This document shows positions 24,501 through 34,253 of a stretch of 64,000 nt of DNA, one piece after another. Source of the stretch: Heterodontus francisci. Its lineage: Eukaryota. The first letter of the stretch is position 1; the number at the start of each line of letters is the position of its first letter. The notes beneath the pieces were generated by a model. It had not been told where the DNA came from. It ran no database searches and was given only the letters and a program-made list of their open reading frames with translations. The stretch lies in NCBI RefSeq assembly GCF_036365525.1, contig NC_090387.1, forward strand, positions 70,953,535 to 71,017,534, in the 5' to 3' direction. The position numbers were made by a program, and so were the translations under genes.

Positions 24501-27500
24501 AAAATTGATTATGAAAATAAATTGGCAAGAAATATAAAAAAGTAAACAGTAAGAGCTTCTATGGGTATTTAAAAAGAGAGACAGTAGCTAAAGTAAATGT
24601 GGGACCCTTGGAGGATGTGACTGGAGAATTGATAACGGGGAAATGGGAAATGGCAGATCATTTAAACCAATATTTTGCATCGGTCTTCACGGTGGAGGAC
24701 AGTCTCTATCATGAGGGACAAAGTATTTGATAAACTAATGGGACTAAAGGCAGACAAATCACCAGGACCTGATGGCCTACATCCAAGGATTTGAAAGGAA
24801 GTAGCTGCAGAGATAGTGGAGGCATTGGTCGAAATATTCCAGAACTCACTGGATTCCAGGAGGGTCCCAGCGGATTGGAAAACCGGTAATGTGACGCCCA
24901 TGTTCAAGAAGGGAGGGAGACTAAAAGCAGGAACCTATAGGTCAGTCAGCCTAACATAGGTCGTTGGGAAAATGCTAGAGTCCATTATTAAGGAATAAAT
25001 AACAGGACATTTAGAAAAGCTAAACAAAATATAACAGAGTCAACATGGTTTTGTGAAAGGCAAATCATATTTGACAAATTTGCTAGAGTTTGTTGAGGAT
25101 ATAACTAGCAGAGTTGATAAAGGGGAACTGGTAGATGTAGTGTATTTGGATTTCCAGAAGGCATTCGATAAGGTGCCACATAAAGGATTATTGCACAAGA
25201 TAGGAGCTCATGGCATTGGGGGTAATGTATTATTATGGATTGAGGATTGGTTAACTCACAGAACACAGAGAGTCGGGATTAATGGGTCTTTTTCAGGTTG
25301 GAAAGATATAACTAGTGGAGTGCCACAAGGATCAGTCCTAGGGCCTCAATTATTTACTATCTATATTAATGACTTGAAGGAGGGGACAGAGTGTAATATA
25401 TCCACATTTGCTGATGATACAAAAATAGGTGGGAGGGCATGTTGTGATGAGGACATAAGGAATCTGCAAGGGGATATAGATAGGTTGAGTGAGTGAGTGG
25501 GCAAAAACCTGGCAGATGGAGTTTAATGTAGGAAAATGTGAGGTCATGCACTTTGGTACGAAGAATCAAAAGACAGACTACTATTTAAATGGATAGAAAC
25601 TCCAAAAAAAGTGCAGCACAGAGGGATCTGGGCGTTCTTGTGCATGAAACACAAAAAGTTAGCATGTAGGTGCAGCAAGTCATTAAGAAGGCAAATGGAA
25701 TTTTGGCCTTTATTGCTAGGGGATTGGAGTTTAAAAATAAGGAAGTCTTGTTACAACTGTACAGGGTGTTGGTGAGGCCGCACTGGAGTACTGTGTACAG
25801 TTTTGGTACCCAAATTTAAGAAAGGATACAATGGCATTGGAGGCAGTTCAAAAGAGAGTCTCTAAGCTGATTCCTGGGATTAAGGGGATGACTTATCAAG
25901 AATAGTTAAATATGTTAGGCCTTTATTCATTCGAGTTTAGAAGAATAAGGGGTGATCTTATTGAAACGTACAAGATTCTGAGGGGGCTTGAGAGAGTAGA
26001 TGTTGAGAAGATGTTTCTACTAGTGGGGGAATCTCAAACTAGGGGACATAGTTACAGAATAAAGGGACACTCATTTAAAACTAAGATGCGAAGGAATTTC
26101 TTCTCTCAGAGGGCAGTGAATGTTTGAAATTCTCTACCCCAGAGAGTTGTGGAGGCTAAATCACTGAAAGTATTTCAAAGAGGAGGTAGATTTTTGAAAT
26201 ATTGGGGCATTGAGGGCTATGAGGAGCTGGCACGAAAGAGGAGTTGAGTTCTGGGGCAGATTAGCCATGATCTTATTGAATGGCGGGGCAGGCTTGAGGG
26301 GCTGAATGGCCTACTCCTCCTCCTATTTTGTATGTTCTTATGTTGTTTAACCTTCTAAACTCAAGGGGATACAATCCTAGTTTGTGTAATCACTCCTTGT
26401 AATTTAATATTTGGAGTGCCGGTATCATTCTAGTAAACCTATGTCACACTCCCTCCAAGGACAATAAATCCTTCCAAAGGTGTGGTGCCCAGAACTGCTC
26501 ACAATACTCCCGATCTGGTCTAACCAGGGCTTTGTATAGCTGAAGCTTGATGTCTACCCCTTTGTATTCTCGTCCTCTAGATATATAAGTTCCACTTATA
26601 TCGATACATAAGATATATTATGTTCTTATGTTCTAAGGCCAGGATTCCATTAGCCTTTTTGATTATTTTCTGTACCTGTTCATGACATTTTAATGATCTA
26701 TGTACCTGACCTCCCAAATCTCCTTTGACCTCCACTGTTTCTAGCTTTTCACTATTTAGAAAGTACCCTGTTCCATTCTTTTAGCCAAAGTGGATGATCT
26801 CACAGTTGCCTCCACTGAAATCCATTTGCCATAGTTTTGCCCATTCACAATTTATTAATATCTCTTTATAATTTTATACTTTACACTGCTTACAATGCTG
26901 TCTATTTTGTACCATGGACAAATTTGGATGTGTGGCTTTCTATCTCATCATCTAAGTCCTTAATAAATACAGTGAATAGTTGAGGCACCAACAGAAATCT
27001 TTGGGGACACCACGAGTCCCAGCCTGCCAATTAAAGTACCTGTTTATTATTCTTGTTCTTTGTCTCCTGCTCCTCAGCTAATTTCCTCACCAGGTCAATC
27101 ATTTGCCTTCACTTCCATGAGTTTCAACTTTAGCTAACAGTCTCTTCACCATTCAAGAGCTGGCTATCCATTAACATTTTTCCCGATATTATTCAGTTGA
27201 ATTATAACCAAGTCTGGACACAAGGTGTGTGGTTAATGTAAGATTTAGATTAGTGAAATTAACCAGAGTAATTCTCAATGGATCTGCACTTCTTCATTGT
27301 GTGTCTGTGTGTATATATATATATATGTATATACGCGTGTAGTTTATCTTCACCAAAATCATCGTCACCAAAATCATCATCCCCACAAGTGTCTTTTTCA
27401 ACATTTCACCGGCGGTAAACGTAACAAATTCGGTAAAAATTTACGCATTGAAATAAATATTGACAACCGCGCGTCAGAATGAAAGCTGCACAAATCTTGA

Positions 27501-30500
27501 TTTTTATCCTGGATCAGTGCTGGGATTCTCAGGGTTGTAAAAACAACAAATGATTCCAGCTGAACCAGGAAACTTCCTTTGTCCCAGTTTCCAAACAGGA
27601 ATTTCAGAGCGATTCCCCCGTCGTAACTTCGGCGGAAAGCCGGCAGAAACGGCTCTGACTTAGACGTTTCGGGTCAGTGACCCTTCTTCGGAAGGGTCAC
27701 TGACCCGAAACGTTAACTCTGCTTCTCTTTCCACAGATGCTGCCAGACCTGCTGAGTGAATCCAGCATTTCTTGTTTTTGTTTCAGATTTCCAGCATCCG
27801 CAGTATTTTGCTTTTATATGACTTAGACGTCCCGTGCAAACCCTTCACAAGTAAACACAATATTCCAAATGTAAACTAGGGTCGGGAGAAAATACAATTA
27901 AATAGGATCGAGAAATAGTTGAATTCGAAAAGGATAGATTGAATGAATATTGCAGTGTAAAATAGTTTCGATAAAATGACTAGATCTAGAACTGAATACA
28001 ATCGGATTCATTTCCATTGGAAACTGGCATCAGAATAATATGAGATTTCTCTCGTCTGTCCCACAGCTCACCCCGATTCTCCGCTGATTGTTCCCACTCT
28101 GTTTCGAAAAGACTCGGCGGTTTTCCTCAAACTTGCCTGTAACATTGGCGGCGTTCACTCCAAGGATCTGAGTGTGAACTGGTTTGTGAACGGCATCGAG
28201 ACAGTAACTGGAATCCGCAAAGATCTTCAGCCACGGTCAGGCGGCCTCTTCCAGATCTCCAGCTATTTGGAGGAATCGCAGCCTGCTCAGAATGGGACAG
28301 TTTATACCTGTCGGGTCTCCTACCCAGACAGACAAGTTCAAACCCTTTACACCTACATTTCTGGTGCTGAAGGTACGGTCATTTTAACAGATTCTTAAAG
28401 GTTGCTCGAGACTTGTAGATTTAGTCTGATGTGCACAAGATCTATGGCATTGAATTGATGTCCCTGGATGACAATTTAAGACACGCTGGGTGGGAATAGC
28501 TGATGGTTTACTGCTGTTTTGTTCGTGGTAACGGAGGCGAGACGTTCAGATCCAGTCTTGGTATTTAAATAATGCAATAATAAAGTGAAACCATAGCGGA
28601 TCTTTTGGGTCACTCCCGCCTTAGTAACAATGGACGCGACTGACACGAGTTTTCAACTGGCCTCCAGTTTCGAGGTGGTGAGAATCATGGAGGGGAGCGA
28701 TGCCTTCCACCTGGAATACAATGCCTGGAAACCCCGGTAGTGAAATAATAACTTTCAAAAGGGAACTAGGTATAAATTTGAAAAGGAAACCTATCCAGGG
28801 CTTACAGGGAAAGAGCAGGGGAATGGGACTAACCGAATAACCATCTCAAAGGAACGATGGGCCGAATAGCTTCCTCCTGTGCTGTTTGATTTTATAATAT
28901 CCCCTTATCAATGGCGTTTCTCTCCGAGTGGAAGCAGCTAATGGCAAACTTCTGGGATAATGACTTTGAGCATAGAGAATTGGGAGAGGTAGATAGCACT
29001 AGAGTAGGAATTAGTAAAGTATTAGGTTGGGTCAGAGTAAGAGGGAAAGTGATAAAGTCTAAATGACGGTTACTGTGCACACATGTGAGTACACAGTGTG
29101 TGGTAAATAAGGTTGCTGAGTTACAGGCGCAGATATCCACATGGAAGTATGATGGTGCGGGAATAATGGAGACCTGACTCAAAGAAGGACAGGACTGGCT
29201 ACTAAATATTTCCGGATACAAGGTGTTCAGGAAAGATAGGAAAGGGAGAGGGGTGGCAGTATTGATTAAGGAGAGCATTGCAGTGCTAGAGAGAGAGGAT
29301 ATCCCAGAAAGGTTGAGGACAGAATCCATTTGGCTGGAGCTGAGGAACTAAAAAGGTGCAATTACATTGCTCGGTGTAGTCTGTAGGCCACCAACTAGTG
29401 GGAAAGATGTAGAGGAACAAATTTGCAAAAAAATTAAAGAGAGGTGCAAGAATTATAGAGTAGTTATAATGAAGGACTTTAATCATCCGAATATAAACTG
29501 GGATAGCAGTAGTGTTTTTTTTTATATTCATTCATGGGATGTGGACATCACTGGCTAGGCCAGCATTTATTGCCCATCCCTAATTGCCCTTGAGAATGTG
29601 GTGGTGAGCTTCCTTCTTGAACCGCTGCAGTCCATGTGGGGTAGGTACACCTACAGTGCTGTTAGGAAGGGAGTTCCAGGATTTTGACCCAATGACAGTG
29701 AAGGAACAGCGATATAATTCCAAGTCAGGATGGTGTGCGGCTTGGAGAAGAGCTTTCAGGGCAGAGAGAAGCGAGAGTTCCTAGAGGGTGTTCAGGAGAA
29801 TTTTCTACAGCAGTTTTTTTTTTTCCTTTCCAGTCCAAAGAGAAAGAAGGCACTGCTAGACCTGGTCCTTGGGAATGAGGTGGGCCATGTGGATCAAGTG
29901 TCAGTAGGGGAACATTTAGGGGACAGTGATCGTTGTATCATAAGGTTTAGGTTGGCTATGGAAAAGGACAAGCAACAATCCAGAGTAAGAATAATTAACT
30001 GGGGGAAAGATAACTTCAATGGGGTAAGAATGGATCTGACCCAGATAAATTCGAACCAAAGTTTGGCAAGCAAAATGGGAACTGAACAATGGGCTGCCTT
30101 TAAAGAAGAGATAGTTCAGGCATAATCAAGGTATATTCTCAAGAAGGGGAAAGGTCGGGCAAACAACTCCAGAGCTCCCTGGATGACAGAAGAGATAGAG
30201 ATTAGGATGAAGAAAATGTGTGCATAAGACAGGTGGCACAGTGGCGGCACAGTGGCGCAGTGGTTAGCACCGCAGACTCACAGCTCCAGTGACCCAGGTT
30301 CAATTCTGGGTACTGCCTGAGTGGAGTTTGCAAGTTCTCCCTGTGTCTGCGTGGGTTTCCTCCGGGTGCTCTGGTTTCCTCCCACATGCCAAAAGACTTG
30401 CAGGTTGATAGGTAAATTGGCCATTATAAATTGCCCCTAGTATAGGTAGGTGGTAGGGAAATATAGGGACAGGTGGAGATGTGGTAGGAATATGGAATTA

Positions 30501-33500
30501 GTGTAGGATTAGCAAAGAAATATTTTATCAAATGCCTGCTCACAAAGTTAAGGTAGCAATATTTTTTAATTTCAGAAAATTCCTGTCAGTGTAATGCAGA
30601 AATTAAAGTAGAATCTGTTCAATTTTAAATGTCGTTGACAACTTGTAGCAGGAGCTGAGCAGCAACAGTGAGATTGAGTGCAGGTCTGTAACAGAGAAGT
30701 GCTGGCAGTAACAGTGAGATTCTCCAGTCCAGGTCTGTCACAGAGAAGGATCAACAGCAAAGGTGAGATCCTCCAGTCCATCAATAAGAGGGAGTGTGGG
30801 TCTGTCAAAGAGAAGGGTAGGTTTTTGCAGTGAATGAGGGCATGGCTAGAATAGGAGAGAATAGAGAAGGTAAATTGAAACATTTCTCCTCTACACATTG
30901 CCCCATTATTTCTCTGGCTTAATTTTACAAAAATGCATGTATATTTCTAACCAGCATTATTTGCAACCACTATGTTTACTAACCAGGATGTGGTATTGTC
31001 AGATTAAATCACATTGTTACTGTGTATATCAGTGTTTAAATTTAAGTGTTGAAAGGTGCATGTGTTGTATTGTTCACACATTTCCTGTGCTGTGATATAA
31101 CAATTACATTGAGACATGTATTTGCATTTGAGATGTTGCAGAGCAAGAATCAGATCTTCTACCCTGGTGGATCTATATCTGTATTGGGAGTGGAGCTTTC
31201 CTCCTGCTGCTCCTGGTTACATCAATACTTTGTAAATTCTGTGTATGCAGAGGTAAGCATGCCATATTTTGTTAAACAGTTTAAATTTAGAATGTTCAAT
31301 ATACTTTATATAAACACAAGTTACAATGAACTGAAGTGATATTGTAAGTGAATTATATTTGTCTGAAGTAACTTTACTCATGGATTTAAAGAATAAGTTC
31401 AGTGAACACTGAGAAGAGCTTCGTAACAATGGGGAAGTTGATACTCTTCTGTGGTGAATAATATAGTATTTATCGTACATCACCATACAAACTCTTCAGT
31501 TACTTGTTTGATATGTGAATGGAGTAAATCTTGAAGAATCTCAGTTTTTGCAAGAGAGGAAAAATATTGGATCACCGCCACAAATATTTACACCGTGTAT
31601 TGCATCAACTATCCTATTATTACATATTCCACAGTGGAGCCTAGCTCTGTCCCATTTCTGGTAGATATGATAGAAAAGAGTGGTATGTATAAATAATGCA
31701 AGCAAAGTTATGTTGTGCTGGCTGGGAGTTCTGGCGTTTCCTTGCGAGTCTACATATAAGATTGTGGTAACTCTCCATAATTTCAAGTGTTTATGTCATA
31801 TTAGATTTTCTAAAGGGTAGTTTAAAACCGTATAGGCTGGACTTTATCAATAGCAAAGACTTAAAAGTAACCTTATTATTTATCCAAGCTATAGCTTTCC
31901 CCCTGGCTAAAGGTTGACCAGCCCCACAACATCTAAAGCCCATAAACTATATTAGCTCATAACCTCGATAAGGGATACTATATTCCTAGATATTGGGGAT
32001 CACTCTAACCACCTGCACAATCTAGATATTAGGGATCTCACTTACCTACCCTCACAATCTAGCTATTGGGGATCACTCTTGTCCACCAATACAATCTAGA
32101 TATTGGGGATCACTCTTGTCCACCATCATAATCTAGATGTTGGGGATCACTCTCACCTACCCTCACGATCTAGATATTGGGGATCACTCTCATCTACCCT
32201 TATGATCTAGATATTGGGATCATTCTCATCCACACTCACCATCTAGATTTGGTGGAATCACTCTCACCTATCCTCATGGTCTAGATATTGGGAATCAATC
32301 TCGTCCACATTCACGATCTAGATATTGGGGGTCACCCTCACCTCCCTCACGATCTAGATATTGGGGATCACCCTCACCTCCCTCACGATCTAGATATTGG
32401 GGATCACCCTCACCTACCCTCACGATCCAGATATTAGGGATCAGTCTCATCTACCCTCCTGATCTACATTTTGGGGTTCACTCTCATCTACCCTCCTGAT
32501 CTAGATATTAGGGATCACTCTCGTCTACCCTCTTGATCTAGATACTGGGAATCACTCTCGTCCACACACAATCTAGACGTTGGGGATCACTCTCATCTAC
32601 CCTCATGATCTAGATATTAGGGATCACGCTCGTCCACTCTCTTGGTCTAGATATTGGGGATCACTCTCACCTACCCTCACAATCTAGATATTGGGGATCA
32701 TGCTCGTCTACCCTCATGATCTAGATTAAAAATCAACTAGTTATGTCGAAGCTAATTTGAAAGGTAAACAAGCAAGGCAAGTTAGTAAGTAACTAAATCT
32801 AGTTACATTAATTCATAACTGAGACCATTTTCTTTCACCAATTTCTGCAACTGACTACTGAAGACTCATTTAATTGGCAACTGATATTAGTCAGATTGTT
32901 CTGAACTGACGTGTAGATTTGATTTCTGGTGAGCAGGCAATGATTGACAGTGAAAAATTCTGGTTATATTTAATAGGCGTCCTGCTTGAAAATTGAAATA
33001 TTTGATTTGCTCAAGCATTCGGATCTATGAAATGATATGAAGTATATGGCAGTGTCATTTACATTCATAATGGGGTTCTATTAGATTATGCAATTGAGAT
33101 ATTTCCATTAATTGGTTTAGCTCAAACACAATGGTACATTGAAAGGCAATCTGCTGCTCGACCCATCCCTATCTTCAAGAGAATTTGTTTAAGGTCATAT
33201 TATTTACTATAAATTTATTCTCTGCTAGGCAAACGGAGAAGAGCAGAGAAGATAAATGTTCAAGAACAACAGGTAACTTGTTTATAATCCTTTTTATCAG
33301 CTGCTGTGAAATTTCTTTAAAATATGTTTTATGAAGACTGAAATGTCCTAACTACGGACAACAGTGAAAAGAGAATTAAGGCTATGCAGCAAAGGTTTTC
33401 CACAGCAATTTTCTTTGGACATTCCACCCTGGATCATAGACAAAATTAGAATACTTAGAAATTGTTGTGTTCCCTCTGTTATCTTGAAGGATTGTCTAAT

Positions 33501-34253
33501 GACTTTTATATATATATTTATATTTATTCCTTCTCCTGGAAGTACTAACTCATGCTGGAATACAGTGCTGTAGACTGGGTTCCCTGTGGTACCTCGTTGA
33601 AGTGACACTAACATGTACAAACCTGAACAGTATGCCTCCAATTATAAGCAGCGGGTGCTGGAATCATTGTGCACAAACACCAAAGCAGGCGACGCACTCG
33701 ACAACAATGGAGCTGTCGAGGCCCAGTCAAATTTAACGTGCGGGCCTCATTTCATCAAATTTCATTGGAGTCTCGCCCTAACACAGCCAGATCTGCTACC
33801 TGGCTGGTGGACAGGAGCAGTAAGTAGGAGGGGGCAGGAGATGCAATTGGGTACTCGTGGAAAATTGCACTGGTAGTCAGGTAAATAGTGGGGAGAGTGA
33901 ATGCCTGGGGCAAGCAAGGTGGGGCACAGAGGGATTTTGATGCTGTCAAAAGTCAATATCTTGTCAATCTCTTTTGTACTATTGTCTTGCAGCATATGCA
34001 GCAACCAGCTAATTACAAGATGGCATATACTGCTGTGGATTTCAGCAACCTTGAAAAAGACACAAAGCACCAGCACATGAATAAGAGACCAGCATGCTCC
34101 CACATGCCACCAAGAAACCAGCAGAGACATGACAAGGTTATTTATGCAACACCGCAACTCAAACAGCACCAGGGCAGAAAGATGGGCCCGCTGTCCACTG
34201 AACCCAAGAACAACAAATCAGTTACGAGCAAGAAGTTTGTTCTCCAATCTTAG
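18458..34253 (+). CDS. Spliced IgSF type I membrane receptor: leader + germline-joined VJ domain (NKp30/NCR3-like) + C1-like domain + TM + ITIM-like tail. join(18458..18503,19003..19320,28067..28372,31142..31252,[31635..31682 optional],33229..33272,33993..34253)
   Basis: All introns are GT-AG with compatible phases (1,1,1,1,[1],0). The joined frame is open: 1086 nt = 361 aa + stop (377 aa with the optional exon). One domain per exon, as is typical of IgSF genes. Confidence 0.88.
18730..18960 (+). mobile_element. Penelope-terminus remnants in intron 1
   Basis: CTGAAATGTTAACTCTGC...CCAGCATCTGCAGTATTTT, followed by a more decayed second copy. Confidence 0.75.
19003..19320 (+). CDS. Exon 2, Ig V domain with an in-exon J-like segment
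   Basis: Acceptor ttcttttctccacAG and donor G|GTAAGA. Motifs: VGQYPP, ATFYCSF (B-strand Cys), VHWWK (C-strand Trp), DSGTYYC (F strand), GAGTRLQV (J-type G strand). Confidence 0.95.
20540..20745. mobile_element. Short Penelope-terminus insertion in inverted arrangement, with target-site duplication
   Basis: TTGCTCCTAATTTTGA at 20524-20539 and 20746-20761 flanks a ~65-bp inverted repeat. Confidence 0.85.
21648..22850 (-). mobile_element. Old L2-type LINE 3' remnant
   Basis: Minus-strand tail resembling ..GCGCTACAGAAATGCAAGTT, and an IEFKILILAFK motif. Confidence 0.6.
24023..26343 (+). mobile_element. CR1 LINE ORF2 (endonuclease end and RT) with 3' tail, nested in an older minus-strand CR1 (~23660-27150)
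   Basis: YLDFQKAFDKVPH, SGVPQGSVLGPQLF, FADDTK, RGDLIETYKI. Minus-strand CR1 pieces lie on both sides. Confidence 0.92.
27668..27818 (+). mobile_element. Short Penelope-terminus insertion with a 5' fold-back and target-site duplication
   Basis: TGACTTAGACGT at 27656-27667 and 27819-27830, with a perfect 23-bp hairpin at 27664-27713. Confidence 0.85.
28067..28372 (+). CDS. Exon 3, Ig C1-like domain
   Basis: Acceptor ctgtcccacAG and donor G|GTACGG. Translation AHPDSPLIVP...LKLACNIGGVHSKDLSVNWFVNG...GGLFQISSYLEE...GTVYTCRVSYP... has C1-set Cys-Trp-Cys spacing. Confidence 0.9.
28960..30225 (+). mobile_element. CR1 LINE endonuclease-region remnant
   Basis: GVVCRPP, DFNHPNINW, LLDLVLGNE, HLGDSD. 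A different LINE 3' end interrupts it at ~29515-29750. Confidence 0.85.
30244..30512 (+). mobile_element. tRNA-derived SINE, 3'-truncated
   Basis: Same head and core as 12580-12912. Confidence 0.85.
31142..31252 (+). CDS. Exon 4, connecting peptide and transmembrane segment (EQESDLLPWWIYICIGSGAFLLLLLVTSILCKFCVCR)
   Basis: Acceptor ttgcAG and donor G|GTAAGC, phase 1-1, about 22 hydrophobic residues with no charge. This reading frame is not in the ORF track. Confidence 0.88.
31635..31682 (+). CDS. Candidate optional cytoplasmic mini-exon (VEPSSVPFLVDMIEKS)
   Basis: Acceptor attccacAG and donor G|GTATGT. 48 nt, symmetric phase 1-1, and only the required frame is open. Confidence 0.5.
31985..32725. 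repeat. Intronic ~36-37-bp minisatellite, about 20 units
   Basis: Repeating TCTAGATATTGGGGATCACTCTCACCTACCCTCACGA. Confidence 0.92.
33229..33272 (+). CDS. Cytoplasmic exon (GKRRRAEKINVQEQQ)
   Basis: Acceptor ttctctgctAG and donor CAG|GTAACT, phase 1 to 0. Polybasic stretch typical of a juxtamembrane region. Confidence 0.82.
33993..34253 (+). CDS. Terminal cytoplasmic exon with tyrosine motifs MAYTAV and VIYATP
   Basis: Acceptor ttgtcttgcAG, phase 0, open to the TAG ending at 34253 (3' part of ORF 33888..34253). Confidence 0.85.
   Translation, partial: HMQQPANYKMAYTAVDFSNLEKDTKHQHMNKRPACSHMPPRNQQRHDKVIYATPQLKQHQGRKMGPLSTEPKNNKSVTSKKFVLQS

Noticed and set aside
19003-28372. Rearranged or germline-joined Ig light chain or TCR gene
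   Set aside because: It lacks WYxQ and the F/W before GxG, has no interchain Cys or charged TM residue, and has a long tyrosine-motif tail. It fits a non-rearranging receptor better.
31985-32725. Regular ~37-bp periodicity resembling a CRISPR array
   Set aside because: Units are directly tandem with no unique spacers, the context is vertebrate, and there are no cas genes.
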